Assembly: GCA_963799845.1 (NCBI GenBank)
Contig: CAWCYI010000006.1
Location: forward strand, 736,001 to 800,000
DNA length: 64,000 bases
Reading direction: 5' to 3'
Source of the DNA: an uncultured Nitrososphaerota archaeon
GTDB taxonomy: Archaea; Thermoproteota; Nitrososphaeria; Nitrososphaerales; CADDZS01
Shown piece after piece: positions 1 to 9,493 of the stretch (the stretch's first letter is position 1; each line of letters begins with the position of its first letter). The notes below the pieces were generated by a model. It was not told the DNA's origin. It saw only the letters and a list, made by a program, of their open reading frames with translations, and made no database searches. Both the position numbers and the translations under genes were made by a program.

Positions 1-2
1 TT

Positions 3-299
3 CACTGCGATCCGATCGATTTTGAAATCCTGGAACCGCTGGACGGTCCCAGCATCTACAAGGAGTTTCTAGAGGAGCGGGGCGAGGGTCTGCACCACGT
101 TTCAGTGGTCAGTCCTCGGGAAGACGTCCATGCAGCCTTGAATGATTTCAAAAAACAGGGAATCGAAGTCGCGATGAGCGGCCGTCTGGGCGATAATATC
201 GAGTTCTATTACATGGATACAGATCCGATGTTGAAGATGGTCGCAGAGACCGTGAGCGGTCATGCGATCTCGATGAAGCCGAGCTGGACATATCCCTAG
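3..299 (+). CDS. VOC/glyoxalase family protein (methylmalonyl-CoA epimerase-like), 5' partial
   Basis: Frame open from the window edge: FEILEPLDGPSIYKEFLEERGEGLHHVS, a typical Glyoxalase_4 motif; stop at 297-299. Confidence 0.8.
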   Translation, partial: HCDPIDFEILEPLDGPSIYKEFLEERGEGLHHVSVVSPREDVHAALNDFKKQGIEVAMSGRLGDNIEFYYMDTDPMLKMVAETVSGHAISMKPSWTYP

Positions 300-1866
300 G
301 TCCCGGCCGCGCGCCATAATGGATTCAACAATCCAGAATCCGCGATCTTCAGGTTTGCCCGATAAATATCAAGCCACTTTTCATATAGGACGGAGTATTG
401 CTCGTGAATCTTCATTCTGGGCTTGAAGGTCTTCTCGATTCTTACCAGTTCAGCCGCGCCGTCTTGCAAGCTGTCGTAGAATCCGGCACCAACTCCCGCA
501 CATATGGCAGCTCCCAGCGCCGTTGATTCCTTGATCACTGGAATATTGACTTGCACTCCCAGAGTGTCTGAGAGGATCTGGGCCAGAGGAAGCTTTTCGA
601 TCCGCCCCCGGCAAAGGTCAATTCGTGAGGTTTTGATCGGGTTATCGACTCTATTATTTTCAGATGCCCTAACGAAACGTAGCCTGCGGCTTCCTCTATC
701 GCTCGGATGCATTCTTTTTTACCTGATAACTTTGGGTTCGTAATATCAAATTGCAAAAACGAGGGAGACGCGTGAACCCAGTATTTTGAGTTCATTAGGT
801 TTGAGAAGATTCCTAATACACCACTGCAACCTGGAGGGACCGAGCTTGCTTCCTTTTCCATCAGTTCGTACGCATCGACGCCGAGCCTTCTTGCCTCTTC
901 TTTTTCCTCCTGGCAAAACGCATCCCTGAACCAGCGCATGGTCAGGCCGCAGTAAAATCCGATACCCTCGAGCATCCACTGGCCTTCGATGGTGCTGCAC
1001 AGGGTTCTCAATCTTATCTTTGGATCGATGAGCGGTTTATCGAGCAAAATTGTATGTTGCCAGAAACTTCCGCCAAGGATCGTGACCTTTCCCGGCCTCG
1101 AAACCCCGATCCCGGCGAGGCCCAGCTGAGTATCGGCGCCTCCTACGACCACCGGAGTCCCTTCGGGGAGAGACGTTTCCCTCGATGCTTTTTTCGTAAC
1201 TCCCCCGACGACGGTTCCCGACGAAATGACGCGGGGAAATATCTCCCTTTCCAGTCCGACCATCTCCAGTATTTCCCGAGACCACGACCTTGTCTTCAAG
1301 TCGAACATTCCGGAGCTGGAACCGATGGAGGGTTCAGTGACAAATTCGTCGGATAATCTGTAAAGAATCCAGTCAGCAAGCATCCCCATGTGCGCGATCT
1401 TACCGAACACTTCGGGCTCGTGTTTCTTAATCCAGAGAAACCTTGGCACTGAGGTAATGGAGACCCAGTCTCCCGAGATGAAGTATATCTTCTTGGCATC
1501 TCCACTCTTTACAAGTTCAGTGGCTTCATCCTTCGCCCTCGAATCTACGTTAGGGCAGGCCCAGATCTCCCGTCCCCGCTCGTCATACAAGACCATCCCC
1601 TCCCTCATGCTTGTCGCACTGACAGCATCAATTTTGGAGCCGTTGGTTCCCGCTTTTTCGATCGCGTCCCGAATGCAGACGCAAATTAGCCCCCAGTTTG
1701 TCCTTGTGTCGAAGACCTGCGATGTCGGGTAACCCTTGAGCGGTTTATGCGACCACTCCTGCTGGGAGAAGGAGACCTGATTACCAGATTTGTCGAAAAT
1801 GACGGCCCGGCAGCTGCCGGTTCCAGCGTCCACCGCCATTATGAAATGGTCTGATTCTCTCTTCAA
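296..1866 (-). CDS. lsrK: Autoinducer-2 (DPD) kinase-like FGGY kinase, frameshift at ~580
   Basis: DAGTGS, SMREG..LY, IWACPNVDSRA, GLTMRWFRDAFC.EEK, FAGGGSK, KESTALG and C-terminal LWRAAG match enterobacterial LsrK as recalled; ORFs 535-1866 and 296-712 join by adding one C in the run at 580-582. Confidence 0.8.
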
Positions 1867-1892
1867 AGAAGGGACTCTTTTCTAAAAGGATG

Positions 1893-2939
1893 TTAATTCT
1901 TCAGAACTTCAGGATTTATCACGGTCTCAAGCGCGAGACCGGAAAGGTAACGTTGTAGCTGTTTTGCAACGATCTGAGCGCCCTTCGTCGTTGTTTCGAA
2001 TGTTGCTCCCGCAATGTGGGGAGTTACAATCACGTTATCCAGAGTGATCAACGGATTAACGGGGCGATTGGGATTGTACCTCAATACATCCATCGCTGCT
2101 CCCGCAATCTTATTCTGTTTCAGCGCTTCGAACAGGGCAGTTTCGTCAACCATGCTCGGTCTCGCCGTATTGATGAAAAAAGAGTCAGGCTTCATTGACC
2201 CGAACTCCGTTTCTCCAAAGAGGTATTCGTTTTCTTTCGATTCCCTGGCGTGAAGAGAAACAAAATCGGATGCCGATATTAGATTCTGAAAGTCCGTCAC
2301 CTTCACTCCAGGGGCCTCGATCTTTGATTTGTCAACGTAAGGGTCATAGACAAGAATTTCCATTCCAAACCCCAGGGCTCTCGTGCACACCTTTGAGCCT
2401 ACCCTGCCGTAGCCTACCAAGCCAAGAACTTTTCCGCCAAGCTCATGTCCGAAGAACTGGTTTCCCTCATAGTTATCTGCGCCAACGATTTTTGTTGCTT
2501 TTACATGATCCAGAGCTCGCACAATGTTCCTCGATAGCATGATCATGAACGCTATCGCGAGATCTGCAACAGCGTCCGCATTCTTGCCCGGTGCAGTTAC
2601 TACGGGGATCTTCGTTTCAGTTGCGGCCTGAACATCAATATTAACGGGCCCTCCGCGAGCGCAACAGATTAGTTTCAGATTGGGAGAAGCATCCAGTACC
2701 TGATCAGTTACGGGAGCTCCATGAACCACGAGGCAATCAACCGAATCTATCTCATTGATTAATTGACTTGGAGAGCCCAGGTACTCCCTAATCCTTCTTT
2801 CCGAATCGGAAATTGGATTCAGCTTCTGGTCTTCATTCATTTCGATATAGCGTACATCGCAGGTTCCTGAAATATCGGAGAATGCCTTTCTGAAATCCTC
2901 AACCGAGACAAAAGAGTCGCCTGCGACAAGAATCTTCAT
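1893..2939 (-). CDS. D-isomer-specific 2-hydroxyacid dehydrogenase (SerA-like)
   Basis: GLVGYGRVG Rossmann motif, FINTARP, GAAMDV, TPHIAGAT. Confidence 0.9.
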   Translation of the reverse strand: MKILVAGDSFVSVEDFRKAFSDISGTCDVRYIEMNEDQKLNPISDSERRIREYLGSPSQLINEIDSVDCLVVHGAPVTDQVLDASPNLKLICCARGGPVNIDVQAATETKIPVVTAPGKNADAVADLAIAFMIMLSRNIVRALDHVKATKIVGADNYEGNQFFGHELGGKVLGLVGYGRVGSKVCTRALGFGMEILVYDPYVDKSKIEAPGVKVTDFQNLISASDFVSLHARESKENEYLFGETEFGSMKPDSFFINTARPSMVDETALFEALKQNKIAGAAMDVLRYNPNRPVNPLITLDNVIVTPHIAGATFETTTKGAQIVAKQLQRYLSGLALETVINPEVLKN

Positions 2940-3706
2940 CGCATGCCCCTTCCGCCGCTGACAGTGAGGATCTCGCCAGTGACAAAATCAGATTCATCCG
3001 AAGCGAGGAAGACGCAAGCACTTCCGATCTCGTCCGGTCTTCCCAGCCTCTTGAGCAATGCTTCAGCTACCGCGTTTCTCCTAGCCTCTTCAGTCATGGA
3101 AGCCACCATGTCCGTCTCGATAGTACCAGGGGAAACCGCATTCACTCGAATGAAAGGTGCCAATCTGACGGCAAGAGCTCTAGTTACTCCAATCACCCCG
3201 GCTTTTGACGCCACATAGTTAGGAATCGTCAGAGCTGACGGCTGCGCGAGACCGGATATCGATGCTATGTTGATTATAGATCCTTTCTTCTGCTCGATCA
3301 TTATCGGAGCTACTTCCTTGCAACAGAAAAAAGTCCCCTTCAAGTTGACATCAATGGTTCTATCAAAATCTTCCTCGGTGGACGAGAGAAAATCCTTTCG
3401 TATGATGATGCCCGCATTGTTGACCAGCACATCTATTCTTCCCATCTTCTCTTTTGCAACAGAAACCATCGTCCTAATCTCGTCAATTTTCGAGACATTC
3501 CCCTTGGCAAGAAAAGCTCTTCCGGGGCCCTGATCGTTTAGAGACTCCACCAATTCGGTCGCTTGAGTCTCCGAGCTGTTATAATTCACCAAGACATCGG
3601 CTCCTTCCATGACAAACGATCTCGCAATGGCAGCTCCAATTCCTTTGCTAGCGCCTGTGACAATTGTTTTCTTGCCTTCCAGTCTGCTGTTTCCTGCGTG
3701 GCTCAT
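2936..3706 (-). CDS. SDR family oxidoreductase (FabG-like)
   Basis: TGASKGIG, NNAG, YVASK. Confidence 0.92.
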   Translation of the reverse strand: MSHAGNSRLEGKKTIVTGASKGIGAAIARSFVMEGADVLVNYNSSETQATELVESLNDQGPGRAFLAKGNVSKIDEIRTMVSVAKEKMGRIDVLVNNAGIIIRKDFLSSTEEDFDRTIDVNLKGTFFCCKEVAPIMIEQKKGSIINIASISGLAQPSALTIPNYVASKAGVIGVTRALAVRLAPFIRVNAVSPGTIETDMVASMTEEARRNAVAEALLKRLGRPDEIGSACVFLASDESDFVTGEILTVSGGRGMR

Positions 3707-3815
3707 GTTACTGGTTCACCGGGCAGAGGTTATTCAGACTTTTGACGCGAGTGTCGCACACTTGAATCCTCATACTTTCTTATAAGAAAGGGAGGCCAAC
3801 AGTCGATTCGATTTA

Positions 3816-4169
3816 ATGTCAAGACAATTATCCTCAAGCGAAAGAGAGAAACTTCTTGAAGATATTTCGAACAAGTGGGAGGAAACTCTCCACTTCCTGG
3901 GAGAAGGCGGTGATGTCACTTTCGGTTTCCTTGCTCTGGCAAAACACGATCTGCTTGTTTCAGGAAATACGGTCAATTGTCAATATTGCAAACGGCATAT
4001 TGAGGAAGAAGCCAAGCTAATTGATATGACCATGGATCTCGCAAAGTTGGGAAACACGTACCCACACGCTCACGGTTTGGGCGAAAAGATGCGTATTGCT
4101 TTCTCGGCAATGAAAATCACAATATTCATTACACTTGGCGGACTGAGACGCGCCGGATTTCTCCCATAA
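3816..4169 (+). CDS. Hypothetical protein with CxxC..H and HxH motifs
   Basis: 117-aa ORF downstream of a TTATAA box at ~3780, stop 2 nt before the E2 ORF. Confidence 0.65.
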   Translation: MSRQLSSSEREKLLEDISNKWEETLHFLGEGGDVTFGFLALAKHDLLVSGNTVNCQYCKRHIEEEAKLIDMTMDLAKLGNTYPHAHGLGEKMRIAFSAMKITIFITLGGLRRAGFLP

Positions 4170-4171
4170 AA

Positions 4172-5356
4172 GTGTGTGAACGTTTGGCGGAAGCGGTGAC
4201 GGTCCCTAAACTTGGTTTGACGATGAAGAAAGCCACCGTCGTCAAGTGGCACAAGCGAGAAGGGGAAGGAGTAAAAAAAGATGAAACAATCGCCGAGATA
4301 GAAACAGACAAAGTAACGTGCCAAATTCAATCCCCGCAAGACGGGATCCTTCTGAAAATCTTAGGACAAAAGGGCGCAAACGTCCCTGTAGGGGGAATTC
4401 TCGCTTACGTGGGACAGCAAGGGGAACAGGTTCCGGAGAATGTCGTGGCTCCGCCAAGTCCAACGGATAAACCAGCGCCTATTGCGGGAAAGCAATCAAG
4501 TGCTCAACCACTGATTCAAAGCCCCGCTTCTGATAAGAAGAGAGTGTCTCCGCGAGCTAAAAGACTGGTCGAAGAAAAGGGAATAGATCTCTCAAGAATT
4601 GTCGGCAGCGGACCTGAAGGAATGATCCTTGAGAGCGACATACTGGCTTACATCGAGACCAATCTCTCCCGAACGAGCAATGGACTGAAAGTTAAACAAG
4701 TGATTCCGTTCACTGCGATCCGCAAGGCCATCGCTGAAAATATGACTGCCAGCTTGCAGGGGATGGCGCAAGTAACACTGATGGCGGAAGCTGAGGTATC
4801 TCGCTTTCAGAAAATTCTAGCGGGAGCCGAGTCGTCCGATGATCATCCGACATACACAGATCTGCTGGTCCAATTAGTATCAAAGACTCTGGAAAATCAC
4901 CCCATGTTAAATTCGACGATCGAGGAAGACCAGATCAAGATTATCGAAGAGATCAATATTGGTGTGGGAGTCGCCGCAGAATCCGGTCTGGTCGTCCCAG
5001 TAATCAAAAACGCAAACAAAAAAGGTCTCAGCGAAATTTCAACCGCCCTTAAGGGACTGGGCGAGAAAGCCCGTCAGCAAAAATTGATGCTGGAAGACGT
5101 TTCTGGGGGAACGTTCACAGTTACAAATCTTGGGATGTATGGAATCACTGCATTTACCCCGATAATTAATCCTCCTCAAACTTCAATCTTGGGCGTTGGC
5201 GAAGTCACCCTCAAGCCAGTCGTGGACTCGGGGAAAATAGAAGTTAGACCGATGATGATGCTCAGCCTGACTTTTGATCATCGGGCGATGGACGGACACA
5301 TCGCAGCTAATTTTCTCAGGGACCTGAGAAAAGCCATCGAAAGTGGCTCTGGTTAG
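4172..5356 (+). CDS. Dihydrolipoamide acyltransferase E2 (AcoC/PdhC-like); probable start TTG 4184
   Basis: Lipoyl domain EIETDKV, peripheral-subunit-binding SPRAKRL..GSGPEG, catalytic FDHRAMDG. Confidence 0.93.
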   Translation: MCERLAEAVTVPKLGLTMKKATVVKWHKREGEGVKKDETIAEIETDKVTCQIQSPQDGILLKILGQKGANVPVGGILAYVGQQGEQVPENVVAPPSPTDKPAPIAGKQSSAQPLIQSPASDKKRVSPRAKRLVEEKGIDLSRIVGSGPEGMILESDILAYIETNLSRTSNGLKVKQVIPFTAIRKAIAENMTASLQGMAQVTLMAEAEVSRFQKILAGAESSDDHPTYTDLLVQLVSKTLENHPMLNSTIEEDQIKIIEEINIGVGVAAESGLVVPVIKNANKKGLSEISTALKGLGEKARQQKLMLEDVSGGTFTVTNLGMYGITAFTPIINPPQTSILGVGEVTLKPVVDSGKIEVRPMMMLSLTFDHRAMDGHIAANFLRDLRKAIESGSG

Positions 5357-5369
5357 GCGCAGCGAAATC

Positions 5370-6359
5370 TTACTTTCCGAACGAGGCGTGAACTGCCTTG
5401 ACGATTCTTTCGGTGCTCGGAAGGAAGACTTCTTCCAGAACCGGACTGAACGGAGCCGGAGAGTTTAGGGCAGTGACCATCTTGATCGGAGAATCCAGAT
5501 AGTGGAAACCCCGATCCGCAACCAGGGCAGATACGTCGGTAGCAAAGCCGCATCGCGGGTAATCTTCGTCGACAACTACGAGTCTACCTGTTTTCTTGAC
5601 CGAATTCAAAATCGCTTCCTCGTCCAGAGGTACAATTGTCCTCGGATCAAGAACTTCTGCACTGATTCCTTCTTTCGCTAGAAGCGAAGCCGCTTCCAGA
5701 CTTTGATAAACTGTCCGAGCTAATCCGACGATCGTAACATCCTTGCCTTCCCGCTTGATCTCTGCTTTTCCGAAAGGTATGGTGTAGCTTTCGGTCGGAA
5801 CCCTTCCTTCAATGCTGTGCAGGAACTTGTGCTCGAAGAACATCACGGGATCGTCCTGCCTCAGCGCTTGAGTGAGAAGACCTTTGGCATCGTAGGGAGT
5901 CGACGGTACCACGCACTTTATTCCAGGAATGTGCGCGAAGATGGAATAGAGGCACTGAGAATGCTGCGCGGCTGCCGACAATCCTCCGCCGATCATGGTG
6001 ATTATCGTAAGCGGGATTTTCGCCTTGCCGCCGAACATGTATTTCATTTTCGCGGCTTGATTGAATATCTGGTCAGCGGTAACGCCGAAGAAATCAACGA
6101 ACATCAAATCAACTACGGGCCTCAGTCCTGTCGCAGCAGCTCCTACAGCGACCCCGACAAATCCGGCTTCAGAGATCGGGGTATCGATGATCCTGCTATC
6201 GCCGAACTTTTCCTTGAAACCCTTGAATCTGCCGAAGACGCCTCCCCAGATTCGAACGTCCTCCCCCATGACGATGATGCGATCATTCCTCTCCATTTCT
6301 TGCTGGAGCGCGTTAGTTATCGCTTGCAGAAATGTGAATTTTACTTCGCTGACTTGCAT
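5370..6359 (-). CDS. acoB: TPP-dependent acetoin/2-oxoacid dehydrogenase E1 beta
   Basis: DTPISEAGFVG, MFVDF, NQAAKMKYMFGG, AAAQHSQ, FFEHK. Confidence 0.85.
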   Translation of the reverse strand: MQVSEVKFTFLQAITNALQQEMERNDRIIVMGEDVRIWGGVFGRFKGFKEKFGDSRIIDTPISEAGFVGVAVGAAATGLRPVVDLMFVDFFGVTADQIFNQAAKMKYMFGGKAKIPLTIITMIGGGLSAAAQHSQCLYSIFAHIPGIKCVVPSTPYDAKGLLTQALRQDDPVMFFEHKFLHSIEGRVPTESYTIPFGKAEIKREGKDVTIVGLARTVYQSLEAASLLAKEGISAEVLDPRTIVPLDEEAILNSVKKTGRLVVVDEDYPRCGFATDVSALVADRGFHYLDSPIKMVTALNSPAPFSPVLEEVFLPSTERIVKAVHASFGK

Positions 6360-6376
6360 GAAACATATTTCTCCTT

Positions 6377-7357
6377 TTAGTTGCTAGAGTAGATGTCGTC
6401 CATGACCTCATCGGGCGAGGGCCATTCGCTTTTCTCGGCGAAATCGACCGCTTCATCGACTTCTCTCAGAATGGAATCGTCGATCTCGCGATATTTGGCT
6501 GCGGTCAAGTAACCTTGTTCGATCAATGAGTTCTTGAACCTCGCTATAGGATCAACTCTCTTCCAGTCGTCAACCTCCTGTGTCGTTCGGTATTTCTGAT
6601 CATCGCCTTCGAAGTGTCCCATGTACCGGTAAGTGTCACAGACAAGGTACGAAGGACCTTCTCCCCGTCTTGCTCTTGCGACCATTCCTGACGCGGTATC
6701 GAAAACTGTCATCACGTCCATACCGTCGATTCTGGACGCCGGAATGCTGTAGGACGATGCCCTGACTGTAGGGTCTTCCACACTCGTAGCATACTTGATC
6801 GAGGTTGATTCCGCGTATTGGTTATTTTCTAAAACGAAAATCACGGGTAGTTTCCATATCGAAGCGAGGTTCAGAGATTCGTGCAATACTCCTTGATTCA
6901 GCGCTCCGTCGCTGAAGAAAGCAACAGCTACCTGGTCTGTTCCTCGATATTTGGCGGAGAGGGCTGCACCCACAGCGTGAGGAACGCCCCCCGCAACAAT
7001 TCCATTGGCTCCGAGCATTCCCAAAGTCAGATCTGAAATGTGCATCGATCCACCCTTGCCCTTGCAGGTGCCGGTCCTTTTTCCAAAAAGTTCAGCCATC
7101 ATGGACTTGATTTCAATACCCTTAGCTATGCAATGACCGTGTCCGCGGTGAGTACTAGTCACATAATCGTCATCTCGTAAGTTGGATAAAACTCCCACCG
7201 CGACCGCTTCTTCACCGATGTAAAGGTGGACGAATCCCTTGACCCTCGAAGCTGCAAATTCCTTCTTTACTCTCTCTTCAAATCTCCTGATTGTAAGCAT
7301 CCTTTGGAGCATGTCCAAGAGCTTTTCATTGCTTTGAACCGTGATTGAACTGGTCAT
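6377..7357 (-). CDS. acoA: TPP-dependent acetoin/2-oxoacid dehydrogenase E1 alpha
   Basis: GFVHLYIGEEA, STHRGHGH, GKGGSMH, SDGA..N TPP motif, YRYMGHFEGD (AcoA-type). Confidence 0.85.
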   Translation of the reverse strand: MTSSITVQSNEKLLDMLQRMLTIRRFEERVKKEFAASRVKGFVHLYIGEEAVAVGVLSNLRDDDYVTSTHRGHGHCIAKGIEIKSMMAELFGKRTGTCKGKGGSMHISDLTLGMLGANGIVAGGVPHAVGAALSAKYRGTDQVAVAFFSDGALNQGVLHESLNLASIWKLPVIFVLENNQYAESTSIKYATSVEDPTVRASSYSIPASRIDGMDVMTVFDTASGMVARARRGEGPSYLVCDTYRYMGHFEGDDQKYRTTQEVDDWKRVDPIARFKNSLIEQGYLTAAKYREIDDSILREVDEAVDFAEKSEWPSPDEVMDDIYSSN

Positions 7358-7542
7358 ACGACCGTAAGACTGGACGACTCACTATTGAATTTATCTCGAT
7401 CATTCGAAGAGTAATTTGCGAGCAATGTCAAAATCGGTGTCTTCAGATAACTATCAGACTCGAAATACGCGGCCGTGGTCTAATCTCAAAAAACTGGGCC
7501 GCTATTCATCTGAAAGAAGATTCCTTCACTGGACAATCGAGG

Positions 7543-8295
7543 TTACTGATGCATTCCTCTGCCCCCTGTAACCAGCATGAGCTCGCCGGTGATGAAATCC
7601 GACATATCCGAGGCCAGAAACACTGCCGCGTTAGCAACATCTTCCACTTTTCCCAGCCTCTTCAAGGGTGTTTCATCAATCAGAGCCTTGTTCGCTTCCG
7701 AGTCTCTGAATGATGTCATATCAGTAACGATCGCGCCCGGACAGATCGCATTCACATTGACGTATGGACCAAGACGGAGTGCGAGAGCCTTTGTCAATCC
7801 ATTTACGCCAGCTTTGGAAGCAACGTACTCGGCGAAGCGCATCGCAGATGGATGGTACATGCCAGAGTTTGACGATATGTTGACAATCTTGCCTTTCTTT
7901 TGGTTCAGCATGATCGGAGCAACTTCTTTCGAACAGAGGTAGGTCCCTTTCAGATTAACGTCGAGCGTTTCATTCCACATTTCTTCAGTGTGTTCAAAAA
8001 GGTCAACTGGATAATGAATGCCGGCGTTGTTCACCAAAACGTCAATGCGCCCCCAAGCATTCATCGTATCTTGCACAATCCGCTTTACTTCTTCCAATCT
8101 TGACACGTTTGCTTTCACAAGAATTCCCGTCCCGCCATCCACTTCGATATCCTTCAAGAGAGAAGCAGCCTCTTGGGATGAGTTGTTGTAGTTAATTGCG
8201 ACTTTTGCACCCTCAGAGCTAAATTTTTTCGCAATCGCTCTCCCAATCCCCCGGCTGGCACCGGTGACGATGGCTGTTCTATTTTCCAATAACAT
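7543..8295 (-). CDS. SDR family oxidoreductase, paralog of 2936-3706
   Basis: TGASRGIG, NNAG, YVASKAG; shares C-terminal GGRGM with the paralog. Confidence 0.92.
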   Translation of the reverse strand: MLLENRTAIVTGASRGIGRAIAKKFSSEGAKVAINYNNSSQEAASLLKDIEVDGGTGILVKANVSRLEEVKRIVQDTMNAWGRIDVLVNNAGIHYPVDLFEHTEEMWNETLDVNLKGTYLCSKEVAPIMLNQKKGKIVNISSNSGMYHPSAMRFAEYVASKAGVNGLTKALALRLGPYVNVNAICPGAIVTDMTSFRDSEANKALIDETPLKRLGKVEDVANAAVFLASDMSDFITGELMLVTGGRGMHQ

Positions 8296-8365
8296 GTTCT
8301 GCTAATTATTGAGGAAGGTTGATGAAAGTTTTGATGAGTATGGGTTTGAGGTCACTTTCGGTTTC

Positions 8366-9214
8366 TTATCTTAATCCGAGCTCCCTCATCATCTTATCAG
8401 TCGCTGAATAAGCCTCGAAAACCCAGCTCCTGACTTGAGTCGGATCATTTGGCCACTGGAGCTCGATGCTCACCGGGCAAGCGACACCAATCTCTTTCAA
8501 GACTATGAGGTATTTCTTCAACGGGACGACTCCCCTTCCGGGAGGTAAATCTCCGTGTACTTTTCCATCGCAGTCCGAGAAGTGGATGTTGATGATTTTG
8601 TTTCGGAGTCTCTCCAAAGTCTCAGGATCGTCACCCATCAAGAACAGATGCGATACATCTGCGTTCGCTTTTACCGCCGGATGATTTGCGTCTTTGATGA
8701 ACGTCGCCATGTGATCTACGGAGTCGAGCAGGTAAAACATGTACGGCACATACTCTAGGGCGATCTCTATCCCAAGTGATTTTGAATAATCCGCAATTTC
8801 CCTGACTCCTTCGACTGCCCAGTTCCATTGCAATTCCGGTTTGAATTCCCTCTTCTCGTAAGAGTAATTTCCTAACACGAGGACCATTGTGGGGGAGTCG
8901 AAATCAAATCCGATCTCCAACTCTTTTTTCACGTAATCAATTGTTGCTTTCCTCATTTCAGGAACGAAATCAGTCAACCCGTTGGCAGCGACGATGAATG
9001 AAGAGCAGGGCATCTCGTTTTCCTTGAAGGCCTTGCGCTGGGCTTTTCTGACTTCAACCGAGGAATTCAATGGAAAAATGTCGTACGAATCAAATCCCAT
9101 TTTCTTGGCAACTTTGATTCCTTCGATGGGGCCCACCGGAGAACTCCACCAACAATTCTCAATCAGACCCAGTTTCAATTGATGAACTTCCGAAAACGGT
9201 GTGCAATCTTTCAT
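8366..9214 (-). CDS. Sugar phosphate isomerase/epimerase (ketose 3-epimerase-like, AP endonuclease 2 fold)
   Basis: IALE, DVSH, IHFSD..HGDLPPGRG, SIEL metal ligands. Confidence 0.85.
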   Translation of the reverse strand: MKDCTPFSEVHQLKLGLIENCWWSSPVGPIEGIKVAKKMGFDSYDIFPLNSSVEVRKAQRKAFKENEMPCSSFIVAANGLTDFVPEMRKATIDYVKKELEIGFDFDSPTMVLVLGNYSYEKREFKPELQWNWAVEGVREIADYSKSLGIEIALEYVPYMFYLLDSVDHMATFIKDANHPAVKANADVSHLFLMGDDPETLERLRNKIINIHFSDCDGKVHGDLPPGRGVVPLKKYLIVLKEIGVACPVSIELQWPNDPTQVRSWVFEAYSATDKMMRELGLR

Positions 9215-9493
9215 TTATCTTATTTTTGCAAAGAATTGTGACGGTTCAAAATAATTTGAAAACAGGGATCTGATTATGGGTGGGCCGTTTTGGAAATATG
9301 TGTTGCCTGAAAATTTAGTGAAGTTATCCAAAATTATGGCATTTCTTTAGATCAGACTTGGCCTCGCATATGCCATTAGATTGTTACTTTTTTCTCCAAA
9401 ATTAGATTAATTTTATGAATCAACGACGGAGAAAGAATAAAAAAAGATATAATCTGCCAAGTCTTAAATAATCATAGACTTTCTCGGCAGATA

